Source: the human T2T-CHM13v2.0 reference genome, Homo sapiens
NCBI RefSeq assembly: GCF_009914755.1
Contig: NC_060936.1
Strand: one strand, 5' to 3'
Length of the DNA: 64,000 nucleotides
Shown: positions 30,741-45,086 of the stretch, in pieces
Numbering within the stretch: position 1 is the first letter of the stretch
Layout: the number at the start of each line of letters is the position of its first letter
Position numbers and translations under genes: made by a program
The notes under the pieces: model-generated
Databases searched by the model: none
Told to the model about the DNA's origin: nothing
Seen by the model: the letters and a program-made list of their open reading frames with translations, nothing else

Positions 30741-31041
30741 GGCTGGGCACAGTGGCTCACATCTAAAACTCCAGCATTTTGGGAGGCAGAGGCAGGCAGA
30801 TCACTTGAGGCCAGGGGTTCAAGACCAGCCTGGCCATCATAGCAAAACCCTGTCTCTACTAAAAGTACAAAAAAAATAGCTGGGTGCAGTGGCATGCACC
30901 TGTAATACTAACTACTCAGGAGGCTGAGGCAGGAGAATCGCTTGAGCCTGGGAGATGGAGGTTGCAGTGAGCTGAGATTGCACCCACTGCACTCCAGACT
31001 GGGCAACAGAGTGAGACTCTGTCTCAAAAAAAGAAAAAAAA
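30741..31041 (+). mobile_element. Alu (old S/J), head-to-head with the preceding Alu
   Basis: Sense dimer about 27 bp from the 5' end of the antisense Alu. Confidence 0.88.
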
Positions 31042-31059
31042 TTAAAACATAATTTTATC

Positions 31060-32015
31060 TTATTTTATTTTTTTCAGTTAAAACTTTTTATATTTTAATA
31101 GCTTTTGGGGTACAAGTGGTTTTTGGTTACATGGATGAGTTGTATGGTGGTGAAGTCTGAGATTTTACTGCACCTGTCTCCCTAGTAGTATATGTTGTAT
31201 CCAATATATAGTTTTTATATCTCCCCACTCTCCCCCTTCTGAGTCTCCATAGTTCATTATATCACTTTGTGCATATATGGCCTTTGTGCATCCATAGCTT
31301 AGCTCTTGCTTATAAGTGAGAACATAAGATATTGGGTTTTCCATTCCTGAGCTATTTCACTTAGAATAATGGCCTCCAGCTCCATCCAAGTTGCTGCAAA
31401 AGACATATTTAGTTCTTTTTATGGCTGACTCATATTCCATGGTGTATGTATATCACATTTTCTTTATTCACTCATTGGTCGATGGGCACTTAGGTTGGTT
31501 CCATGTCTTTGCAATTGTGAATTGTGCTGCAACAAACACATGCGTGCAGATGACTTTTTAACATAACTTATTTTCCTTTGGGCAGATACCCAGGAATGAG
31601 ATTGCTGAATCGAATGGTAGATCTACTTTTAGTTTTTTAGGAAATCTCCATACTGTTTTCCATAGAGGTTGTACTAATTTACATTCCCACCAGCAGTGTA
31701 TAAGCATTCCCTTTTCTCCACATCCACACCACCATCTGTTGTTTTTTGACTTTTTAATAATGGCCATTCTTGTAGGAGTAAGGTGGTATCTTATTGTCGT
31801 TTTAATTTGCATTTCCCTGATCAGTGATGTTGAGCATTTTTCACGTTTGTTGGCCATTCATATATCTTCTTTTGAGAAATGTCTGTTCATGTCATTTGAC
31901 CATTTTTTTGATAGGATTATTTGCTTTTTCTCGCTGCTCTGTTTGAGTTCCTTGTAGATTCTGGATATTAGTCCTTTGTCAGATGCATAGTTTGCAAATA
32001 TTTTTTCCCATTCAG
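31060..32015 (-). mobile_element. L1PB-like 3' fragment (ORF2 C-terminus plus 3'UTR)
   Basis: ORF 31558-31857 ([15 protein letters not shown]...[19 protein letters not shown]) is the L1 ORF2 cysteine-rich C-terminus. Confidence 0.9.
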
Positions 32016-32089
32016 CAGATTTTCTGTAAAACATGATTTTAATGCTGTTTTCACATTTTCATCTGCAAATTTCACCATTCCCATTATTT

Positions 32090-32428
32090 CTCCTCCCTCC
32101 CTCCCTCTCTCTCTCCCTTTCTTTCTTTCCTTCTTTCTTTCTTTCTTCCTCTGAGACAGGGTCTCACTCTGTCATCCAGGCTGGAGCGCAGTGGTGCAAT
32201 CTTGGCTCACTGGAGCCTTGACCTCCTGGGCTCCAGTTCCCATCTCAGTCTCCCCAGTAGCTGAGACTACAGGAACATGCCATCATTCCCAGCTAATTTT
32301 TGTATTTTTTGTAGGGACAGCATTTCGCCATGTTGCCCTGGCTGGTTCGAACACCTGAGCTCAAGCAATCTGCCCACCTTGGCCTCTCAAAGTGCTGGGA
32401 TTACAGAAGTGAGCCACCATGCCTGGCC
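32090..32428 (-). mobile_element. AluJ with CT-rich tail
   Basis: Antisense dimer. Confidence 0.82.
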
Positions 32429-32659
32429 ATTCCTATCCTTTCTATGTCTATTACATGATTTTCCACTTGGTTATAGATCACATTCTCTTGCTTCTTTGTA
32501 TGTCTCATAATTTTTAATTGGATATTTGAGTCTTACACTGTTGAGTGCCTAGATTTTGTTATCTTCTTATAAAGCTTTTGGTTAAAACTGTACATTGTAT
32601 GTAACATATTGTGGCCACTCTGGATTCTATTTTTTTCTTCAGATAATTATTTGACTGGC

Positions 32660-32970
32660 ATTTTTTGTTGTTTGTTTCTTTGAGCCAAGTTCTTTCTCTG
32701 TCACCCAGGCTAGAGTGCAGTGGCAGGAGCATGGCTCACTGCAGCTTTGACCTCCTGGATTGAAGCAATTCTCCTGCCTCAGTCTTCTATGTAGCTAGGA
32801 TCACAGGTGCATACCACCACACCTGGCTACCTGGCTAATTTTTAAAATTTTTTTGTAGAGACGGGGTCTCATTTTGTTGCCCAGTCTGGTCTTTGACTCC
32901 TGGGCTCAAGTGATCTTCCCACCTCTGCTCCCAAAGTGCTGAGATTACTGGTGTGAACCACCATGCCTGT
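32660..32970 (-). mobile_element. AluJ
   Basis: Antisense dimer. Confidence 0.8.
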
Positions 32971-33785
32971 TTGACTATTTGTTTTTAAATGAAGTAAACT
33001 TGCCCTGACTCCCTGTCTCCTTAGTAGAGTGAAGCAGTTTATATTCTGCTTCGTTCTTAGTTTAGTGAAGGATTTGGCCAGTGTTTATACTTAGATTGCG
33101 GGGGTTACACCCATCTGCAGTTGCCCTAATTATCAGTCTTTCCTTCTAAATTCTAAACTGCTTTGGCAGCTCTACTTCTATTCGCTGTTACCTCAAATAA
33201 GTCTTCAGCTTTCTGCTACCCGAGGTGTACCTCTGTTGGGAAATATATGCATTCAAAAGAGCAGCAAACTCATACACTTCACTGAGTGCAGTTCTGCTTT
33301 TCAGGGACTCCTGTTATTTCATCAGGCTGTCTGTATTTTAGTGGTCAGTCAGTGATTTGGGCAGAGTTTACACCCAGATTTTGGATCTCACACATTTTGT
33401 AGGTCACTCCCCAAACTGATGACCTCTTCTAACAAACCCTGTACTCAGTTTGCTGACAGTTTGAGCAAGTAAGCCTGCAGTGCTGAGCTTCAGTGGTGAG
33501 GGACACCATCAGACAAAAAGCCACAAACTCATAATTCTTATCAGTTGCTGAACAAATTCTCCTGTGGTTTTTACCTGCTTTTATTGTTTTAGATTTTTAA
33601 AAAGTCATTTTTAGATATTTTGGCCACTTTTCTTAGTTATTAACTGTAGATGGGTTCACTTGACCACTTTATGCTACCTCCATTATTAGAAGTGTCCTTA
33701 TCAATTATTTTGACATGAAGATTTTCAAAAATGTCTATGCTTTTAAAAGTAGACTATTTCAACCTACTTTACATAACTTATATAG

Positions 33786-34079
<294 letters not shown>

Positions 34080-34115
34080 AGCAAAAAATTTTTTTATATT
34101 ATTTTGCTTTTAGAG

Positions 34116-34845
34116 TTCAGATAAATCAGCAAACTTCCTTCCTTTCCTTCCTTCCTCTTTCTCCTTCTTTCCTTCTCTTTCTCTTTTCTTTTTCTTTCTT
34201 TCCTTTTTTCTTTTTCTCCTTCCTTCCTCTCTTTCCTTCCTTTTCCTTCCTTCCTCTTTCTTCTTTCGTTCTTACTTTCTTTCTTTTTTTCCTCTTTTTT
34301 TCTTTTTTTTTTCTTTTTTTGACAGGGTCTCACTCTGTTGCCGAGGGTAGAGTACACTGGTGCAATCACAGCTCACTGCATCCTTGAACTCCTGAGCTCG
34401 AGCGATCCTCCCGCCTCAGCCTCCTAAGTAGCTGGGGCTATAGGTGCATGCCACCACACCCAGCTAATTAAAACAAATTTTTTTAGAGACCAAGTCTCAT
34501 TATGTTGCCCAGACTGTTCTTGAACTCCTGGGCTCAAGCTACCCTTTCATTTTAGCTTTCCAAACTGCTAGGATTACAGGAGTGAGTCACCATGCCCAGC
34601 TGACAAACTTTTTCTTAAAGGGCCAAGTAACAAATATTTTAGGCTTGTGGGCCATATGATTGCTGCTATAACTACCCAACTGCCATTTTAGTGTGAAGCA
34701 GCCATAGATGAAACACAAATGTAAATTATGTTTAATGTAAAATATGTAAATTAATGGGCATGGCTGTAGTCTGATATTTTATTTACAAAAGTAAGTAAAG
34801 TTTTACTTTATTTACTGATCTGCTGTCTGTACTTTGCTGACCCCT
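34116..34845. mobile_element. MER58A (hAT-Charlie) interrupted by the AluJ
   Basis: cagcaaactt|Alu|caaactttttcttaaagggccaagt...aaatattttaggcttgtgggccata...ttgctgacccct. Confidence 0.65.
34135..34320. repeat. ~185-bp polypyrimidine (CCTT/CTTT) tract, the expanded tail of AluJ 34320-34600 (-)
   Basis: Direct read; abuts gacagggtctcactctg. Confidence 0.85.
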
Positions 34846-35299
34846 AAGTTAAAACATCTGAAAAATTTCACTTACCAGACAATTGGGCTCTTTGAAGAGT
34901 TTTGGTCACTGTGACATACCAAACAGAGAAAGTCCTGATTAAATACTGGTTGAAGAAATGAACAACTAAAAAAGCCATTTATTACATGATTTCTTTTATC
35001 CTTAGATTCCTTAACAAACAGTGCCATCTGTTGAAGAACTATTAGGAAATACTTTTCCTGTAAACTGAGTATTTACTACAGAGCACTTGAAAAAAATGAC
35101 AATTATTGGTTCACTCATTCAACAAATACATGTTTATCATCTATGTACCTAGCATTATACTTGGCACTGAACTGTATCAAAGAGATAAGGTTTAGATGTT
35201 TATAGAGCATACAGACAAGTGGGAGACTATATTATTGTAAGCACAATTGGAAGCTGCTGGGGTAGTATTTCCTGCACCCCATCACATACATACATACAT

Positions 35300-36290
<991 letters not shown>

Positions 36291-36895
36291 AATCCTTTTT
36301 GAAGGCATTGGAGACCCAGGACAGTGAGGATTCGAGGAACTGAAATTCAGGAGAGATGATCCAAAAAGTTGAGCTTGACATTTGGCACCACATTTCACCT
36401 CAAGACATCTGCTGATTTGTAATGTGGCAGCTGAGAGTTTATGAGGCTGGGGAGCCGAAAGCAGTAGCTGAGAGGTGGAAAAGCTGATCAGGTTTGGCAG
36501 GCTCTGCCAAGCTCTCCTGCAAAGCTATACCCTAGGACTGAGGTGATAACAGAAATAGATGAGCTCTCACAAAGACAGAAACCCAGTTTCTAATCAGAAC
36601 AGTCCTAGACTGGGTTAAAGTAATCTGTCCCTACACTAATGGCCTTCCAGAAAATATAGTAATCCCCTCTGAAGAAAGATGACATCATTCAGAGGCTTAA
36701 CTTATGTTTACAATTTTTCATACATAAAGGTCAAGATGCACTAAAAAAATTATCAGCTATACCAGGAAATAAGGCCAAATGATGGAAAACCAAGAGAAAA
36801 AGAAACAAAACATAACAAAAAAAAACATCACCAGACAACAGAAAAGAGACCCTCAGGAAATCCAGATATTGGAGTTATCAGAAAGTACTTCAGGC

Positions 36896-37226
<331 letters not shown>

Positions 37227-37325
37227 CTATATTTACTGTAATTATTTTCTGAGTGCTTAACATGTATCAGGGACTGTGGAATGTGGGAATAAATCATGGT
37301 CCCTGATACCAAAGAGCTGATGGTC

Positions 37326-37766
37326 TGTATTAGGCTGAATAACAGGTGCCCAAAGATGTTCATGTCCTAATCCCTACACCCTGTGAATATGTTACTTTAC
37401 ATGTTTAAAAGGACTTTGCAGATATGATTAAGGTAAGGATTTTTGAGATAAGGAGATTATCCTGGATTATCTGTGTGAGCTTGATGTAATCACAAGGGTC
37501 ATTATAAGAGGAAGGCAGGTGAATCAGTCAATAGTAGGAAATGTGATGGGAGAAACAAGAGGTTCAAGTAATGCACAGAAGATGAGAAAGGCAAAGAAAT
37601 AGATTCTTAGTGTCCAAGAGGAATCAGCCCTACTAACACCTTTACTTTAGCCCAGTGAGACTGATTTTGGCATTCTGACCTCTAGAACTAGAAGATAATA
37701 AATTTGTACTCTTTTAACCACTAAGTTGGTGACAATTTGCTACAGCAGCAATAGGAAACTAATACA
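37326..37766 (+). mobile_element. MLT1 (ERVL-MaLR) solo LTR, MLT1C/D-like
   Basis: tgtattaggctgaataa...cctaatccc...gactttgcagat...cagcaataggaaactaataca. Confidence 0.82.
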
Positions 37767-37889
37767 TAACTTAATAGTGAAGATAATTATGTCAATAGAT
37801 AACTTTGAAGTGGTAAATACCATGGAAGCACAGGGCCGAAGCACTTGGTCCAACCAGGAATTCAGGGAATTAGATATAACGGTAATCTA

Positions 37890-38017
37890 GGCTGGGCGCA
37901 GTGGCTCACTCCTGTAATCCCAACATTTTGGGTGGCCGAGGTGGGCGGATCACCTGAGGTCAGGAGTTCAAGACCAGCCTGACCAACATGGCAAAACCCC
38001 GTCTCTACTAAAAATAC
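37890..38017 (+). mobile_element. AluS left arm only, flanked by a 16-bp TSD
   Basis: Ends at AAAAATAC linker; ATATAACGGTAATCTA (37874-37889) vs ATATAGTGGTAATCTA (38018-38033). Confidence 0.85.
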
Positions 38018-38411
38018 ATATAGTGGTAATCTATATGATTCCACAATCACTGATAACCAACCAGTACAAGGATTTTAGGATCCCTTAAATAAAAGGGCAG
38101 ATTGGAAGAAGCCTTGAGTTACATGCTATGAAGCATAAATTCCATACCATAGGCAATGGGAAGGATCTAAAAGGGCATGACCTGATCAGATAGGTTTCGA
38201 GAAGCTTCACACAGAGAATGTGGACAGTGGAGAGAGAAGACCTGTCACACATCTATAGTGGTTGTTCAAGTGAGGGATTACTTTGTAAATAAATACATGA
38301 ATTAACATATTAGGAATTTTTTAAACAGATACACGCAGGATTCTGTGACAAACTACTAAGTGAAATGTCTCTAGTGAGTTATTGCCATAGAATTTCTATT
38401 GTAGGAAGAAG

Positions 38412-38996
38412 ATTTTATTTATTTTAGATTGTATTTATTTATTTTAAACTTTTATTTTAGGTTTAGGGGTACATGTAAAGGTTTGTTACATAGGTAAACT
38501 CATGTCACGGGGGTTTGTGGTACAGATTATTTCATCACCCAGGTATTAAGCCCTGTACCCAATAGTTATCTTTTCTGCTCCTCTCTCCACTCCCACCCTC
38601 CACTCTCAGTTAGCCTCCAGTGTCTGTTGTTTCCTTCTTTGTGTTAATGAGCTTTCATCATTTAGCTCCCACTTATAAATGAGAACATGTGGTATTTGGT
38701 TTTCTGTTCCTGTGCTAAGTTTGCCAAGGATAACAGCCCCAGCTCCATCCATGTTCCTGCAAAAGCTATGATCTCGTTCTTTTTCTTGGCTGCATAGTAT
38801 TCCATGGTATATATGTACCACATTTTAAAAATCCAATCTGTCATTCAGGAGCATTTAGGTTGACTCCATGTTTTTGCTATTGTGAATAGTGCTGCAATGG
38901 GAAGATACATTCCCATGCATGTATCTTCATGGTATAATGATTTACATTTCTCTGGGTAAAAATCCAGTAATGGGATTGCTGGGGTGAATAGCAGTT
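38412..38996 (-). mobile_element. 5'-truncated L1PA (older PA subfamily) with TSD
   Basis: ggggtacatgt...ttatttcatcacccaggtattaagcc; TSD ggaagaaga(t/c)ttt. Confidence 0.85.
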
Positions 38997-39476
38997 GGAA
39001 GAAGACTTTTAATGTAAGTTAATAAACAAATTCACCAAGAACTTAGCTATATAACATATATGTAAAATATTTTGGTATGAAATAAACTAGAACTTAAGGT
39101 GTGGGTATATGGGGCTGTAAGTTAAAGGCACGGATTCCTAGGAACTGGCAGGCAGGCACCTTCTGTAGGCAGCTGTTCTAAAGTTCACAGAAGCTCTCAG
39201 AATAGCACAATATTGCCCATATGAAAAGTTTCTCCTTCTATTTCCAAGCTTGCTTTTCAGAAAGTACCGTGTGAATGAAGAGTAGTAGAATGAAGAATAT
39301 GTGATTACTTAAAATAATGATTTGCCTTCTGCAGACTACGTCTAAGAACAATAGGACATTTTTATAAATAACTTTCAGATAGCACTTTTCATTTAGTGAA
39401 TGTGCTTTTCTATTTGGTATCTAATTTGTAATTCTCTAACAAAATTTGAAATTATAGGCTGTGAAATTTGATTTAA

Positions 39477-39791
<315 letters not shown>

Positions 39792-39829
39792 TGAGATCTT
39801 TTTAAGATAAATCTATATTGATTCATAAT

Positions 39830-40085
39830 AGCAACCTGGTACAGTATGTGGTTGGTATTGTTCTATGTACCTTATATGTATTAACTAATTTAGTCCTCGT
39901 AAGAATCCCACAAGGTGTTTACTAGTTTTATTTTATTTTCATTTTATAGATGAGGAAATTGAGGCAGAGGTTAAATTACGTGACCCAAGATCACATGGTT
40001 AGTAAGTGGCAGAGCCAGGATTTGGACCTAGGCAATTTGGCAGTCAAAACTGTGCTTTCAATTATTACATGACACTGCCTCTTGC
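39830..40085 (-). mobile_element. MIR SINE
   Basis: attttatagatgaggaaattgaggcagagg...aagatcacatggttagtaagtggcagagccaggattt. Confidence 0.78.
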
Positions 40086-41299
40086 TACTAATCTATTAAC
40101 TTTAATAGATTAGTGTATTTATAGACTCAAATTTTTCTGACTTGTAAGTTCAATTTATCACAATGAGCTGCTGGGAGATTAATTACAGTGATTTAATGCA
40201 AATGTTAAGAATCCAGGAAAGTCAAACTCATGGTCACACAGAAAGTACAGGAAAAAAGTTTGTCAGCCATTAGACCCTAAGGATGCCTGTTCTTTTCAAG
40301 ATTTTTTTTTTCTTTCTGAAATGCCCACTAAGTCTGCCATAGGGTCAGAAAGCAATTTTCTTACATGTTTTATAGTTTCTGCATCTAGCCTGGTGCCTGG
40401 TACCCAGTGGGCACTCAATAAACATTTAACCCAGGGCAGATCCAATGACCTCAGAAGAATGCTCTTCAATAGACCTTTTGCCTACATTGATTAGTTCTTT
40501 TCGGTACTTTTTAAGATTACAAGAGTAAAACCCTAATAAATTCTCATTGTTAAGGATTCAAAACACATAAGTAGACACATCAAAACTTGAAAATCCTGTT
40601 ACTCACCAACACATGCTTTTCCCCAGGTAACCACCGTCCTCTGATTTGTCTTCCTATGAATTTACATACACATAGGCACATACGCGTTTGTATAACTTAA
40701 AAACATAAATGTAATCACAAATACACATTACTCTGCAACTGTCTTGTGTCGGTTGTTCATGCCATTATAAATATATTTCATCTATTTTAGCAGCTCTTCA
40801 GTGATTCGTAGTATGGATGTATTGAGCTTTATGTAATTCACTTGTAATGAACATTTAGATAGTTTCCTATTAAAAACCACGTTGCTATAAATATTCTTGT
40901 GCAAATACGTGTATGCATGTAGAATTTTACACCGATCCCGATTCTCCAAAAATCCAAATTGCAGGTGGGATCATTTTAGAATGTACTTCAATAGCGTTCT
41001 TCATCCTGCCTCGCGTTTTTAAAAGGACTGAGTGGAGAGCGGGGAAGAGGTCGTAAGATCCCCTGTTAGGGTGTTCATAAAGTAACTTCTCCTCTCGCAC
41101 AGAACGTCTTGACTAAAAAACAATCCGTACAGAATGTGCGGGAGAGCTGTAGGAACTCCTACGGTGGCGACAGAGAGGGAAACAGGCTTGTTGGAAGAAG
41201 CGCCTGGTCAGCGTTATCCTCGAGGATCATGCCTTCCTGTTAATTCCCCACCCCATCAATTCTACCTTTTTAGGTTAGACTGGGGAGTAACTTTCCCAG

Positions 41300-42100
41300 G
41301 TATTAAAAATCGTCTAGAGAGAGCAGGGCGAAATTAGAGTGCCGAAGTGGCTTGAGAAGCACAGTGAATGGTGGCGAAGCCCGAGCCGGGTCGCAAGACG
41401 CCCGCTGGCACTGCCGGCGCCATGGCGGCCGCCTTCGGCCACGGCGGAGGACTCGCTTTCCCAGGGGCCCCCGCGGTCGCAGGGGCAACGAGCCCGGCCG
41501 GCCCTCGCGAGCGGAGGCGGGGCCGGGGCCGGAAGTCACGTGCTGTGACAGTAGCTGGGGTGAGGCCGTCGTCGCCGCACGGGCTGGTTGGGGCTGTGTC
41601 TGTGGGAGGCGCCGGGGTGATGGCGGTGGAGACTCTGTCCCCGGACTGGGAGTTTGACCGCGTTGACGACGGCTCGCAGAGTAAGGGAGCTGCAGGGCGA
41701 GGGCTGCGGGTGGACGCTCCTTCGGCCCGCCGCTGTTCTGGGCTGGGCAGCGCTCCTGCGAGAGGGACGGCTGCGCAGCCGTCTGGTGCGGGACACTTCA
41801 GAGCCCTTGGGGTGTGCGAGGGACGCGCTCTCCAGCGTTACTTTCGGGGTTGGGGTCCCAGCCACGGCGGGTCAGGCTGCCCGTTCAGGGCTCGGCGTGT
41901 GAGGCGGAGACTCTCCTGGGGAGCCTGCGGTGCCCCGCGGGGAGCGGCGTCCCCCTTCAGCTGCCCCGGGGCTTGGGCGGGGCGCGCCCGGGAGGCCCAG
42001 CGGCCCCGGGATCCCAGGCTGCTTCTGTCTCTGGCCTCTTGGGGATTTCGCCAGATTCTGAGCGTTCAGCTCTGGAGGACGCTGATGTCTGGGTTCCTGT
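41300..42100 (+). promoter_or_regulatory. WASHC4: WASHC4 CpG-island promoter with overlapping ETS (CCGGAAGT) and E-box/CLEAR-like (GTCACGTG) motifs at 41529-41542
   Basis: CpG-dense region around exon 1; motifs read directly. Confidence 0.85.
41620..41680 (+). CDS. WASHC4: WASHC4 coding exon 1 (MAVETLSPDWEFDRVDDGSQ)
   Basis: GTG ATG G start; donor CAGA|gtaagg; matches the N-terminus of WASH complex subunit 4 (SWIP/KIAA1033). Confidence 0.96.
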
Positions 42101-42678
42101 TTCGGTTTCCTGTTTTTCTTCTTTTCCTCCCAAATCAACTTTTGCAAGTTTGGGTGTCTTTCCCATCGCGTTGCTATAACCGTAGAAGGGAGCGAAAAAA
42201 GAACTTTTCACCCTGCGAAAATAAACACGTGAATGTCATTTTATCATTTTCCAGGCCTTTTATTTATGCTAAGTGATATTTTTCAGTGATGTTCTGCAGT
42301 TTCCATCGCAGTTATAAAGGCTTCAAAAATTACAGCAAATCTTCAAATTTTGCTTCACAAGATCGAATTGTCTGATTTTAACTTAGAAGTCTATCCCGAA
42401 ATAAACAAATTGTGTTTCTTTCAGTAAAATATTGAGGCCAAATTAATTGTAGTGAAACTCTACTTGAAATAAATACAAGTTGGCAATCTGCTTCTTATCT
42501 TTGGTCATAGTAATCTGTGTAAGTGATCTAAGAGAGATTGGAGCATGCTGTTTGTGATTTTTTTTTTCCCTCATAGTTTTCCCAAAAGGTGGAACGTTGC
42601 TTTTAAAAATTCCGGATGAATTTTGCTTGATTTACGAAGAGAGACTAATGCCTACAATGTTAGATGAATTAGGTTTTA

Positions 42679-42968
<290 letters not shown>

Positions 42969-43468
42969 TTAACCTTGGAGATAATGACAAAATCTTTTAA
43001 TTTTTTTTTGTGGAGGGGATTCTGTATTGTTATAAAGTGAACTGTACCTTGTCATATATGTTTTATGGACAAAGATGACGAACTGGTATCTTCAAAAAAA
43101 ATTGGAATAGAGTTATGTTAATTGAGTTTGAAAATGGTTCAGCCTGGAGTAGAATGGTCTGATTCACTCAACAGATATTTTCTACAACCAGTGGCTGTGC
43201 TAGATATTAGGGATAAAAAGATAAAACAAGGAGTGCAGTCTGTTGACAAAGATGAGCATGTTAAGTAGGTTTTTGGAATTTTTACTCTTAAAAAATTACC
43301 ATGTAGTTCTTATCTCAACTTTTGTTATTTTAACTTTCACCAATTTTACAACCGTTTATTGTCAGCAAGGAACTTTTAATGTTATTTTAGGTTTTCTGTT
43401 TCCTGTTTGTGAATCCCTGAACATACTAAAGGAGTGATTTATTGGCGTGGTGTTTCTCTAGCATTGTC

Positions 43469-43718
43469 TTTTTTTTTTTTTTTTTTTTTCGAGACAAGGT
43501 CTCACTCTGTCGCCCAGTGCCGTGGCATCGCCACGGCTCACTGCAGCCTCGACCAGCTGAGCTCAGGTGATCTTCCTACCTCAGCCTCCTTAGTAGCTGG
43601 CTGATTTTTTCTTTTTAAATTGGGATAGAGACAAGGTTTTGCCATGTTGAACTCCTGGTCTCAAGCGACCCACCGGCCTTGGCCTCCTAAAGTGTTGGGG
43701 TGAGCCACCATGCCCGGC
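43469..43718 (-). mobile_element. AluJ with several internal deletions
   Basis: TSD tagcattgtcttt. Confidence 0.8.
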
Positions 43719-44930
43719 CTAGCATTGTCTTTAAGAAGTCATTTGCTGGTCAAATGCAGCTTTGACTGGTCATTTCCTGTGTAGTTGAGAATAAGACAAC
43801 TATTTGGGGTTCTGAGAATCTGGGCAGTCTTATATGTAAGCTGTAGGGAAGAGAACACCTCCCTGTGCTTGGCGTTCATTAATTTTTGGTCTGTGAATCA
43901 TATCTAGACTAATTGTTTTCCAAAATTGCCTAGATTAATGCTATAATAAGACAGAAACCTTAATGAACTAAATGGATTCACCGGATTTAAAACTTTATGT
44001 GGTTGAAGAATAAAGGAGAGTGGGGGCTAGGTCTTTATACTTTAATACAGCATGAGTCAGAACACACTTTCTCTTACTTGCTTCACATTGCTAATTTGAG
44101 GAGAGCAAATTTTTACCTTTTTTAGAAGACAAAGGTTGAATAAAGTTATTCATATCAATAAAAGAAACTGAGTTGGAGTTGAATTTGTTACCTTTGGGAA
44201 CAAGTAATGAATTTTTATGTGTAACGTGAAATACTTTGACGAATAGGCATATTTTAAAATCCAGCTTATTCCAATGATTCCTTAAAGTTACCTATGAATG
44301 TGTTAATTCTGTGAAGAACAGCATAGTATTCTGTAGTCAAGCAGTGTTCTTTGCTGGTTTTTCCAACTTGATTATGACAGTTAAATAATTTAACAAATAT
44401 CTTGGTTAAATTTTAGACATTATAGAAATAATATGCTCAAGCAGGTATAAAACCTCCATTTAAAAATATTTAGGTGTATTATTAAACATTAGTGTGTATA
44501 GAATTAAAAACTACATTTTTAAGTGTTACTTCTGTGACAGACTGTTTTTTTCACCTTCAGATCATGAATATTTGTTTTTGCAAAAGAGTTGTTCATGACT
44601 AAAAGATAGAATCAGGACATTGAATTGTTTAAGGCACTTTTCAGATTGGTTCAAAGCCCTCTATTATGGGGGTAGATGGGCTAGTGGCTTTTTCATAATA
44701 TGTTAGGGTTTTAAGGTAGTAACTTTATATATGGTAACATCTACTGCTTTTAAAATTATTTCGTGTATAGAGAAGATTGAAAGCTGAATTGTTGTTTAAC
44801 TTTGAAACTTTATTTTCAGGAAGTCCAAACATTCCAGAGTAATAATTAACAGTGCTTTGCGTGACTTTTGAGGTTATTTGAAGTAAATGTCCTGCAATTC
44901 ATTACTTGCACTTATCACATACTGTTTTAA

Positions 44931-45086
<156 letters not shown>

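Noticed and set aside
31558-31857. 99-aa ORF with a cysteine-rich motif
   Set aside because: It is a dead L1 ORF2 C-terminal fragment.
34094-34369. Lys/Glu/Arg-rich 91-aa ORF
   Set aside because: It is a translation of the simple purine/pyrimidine repeat.
41368-42276. 302-aa ORF over WASHC4 exon 1 as a separate gene
   Set aside because: It is exon 1 read through a strong donor (41681) into GC-rich intron sequence; only the upstream in-frame part is kept as a hypothesis.
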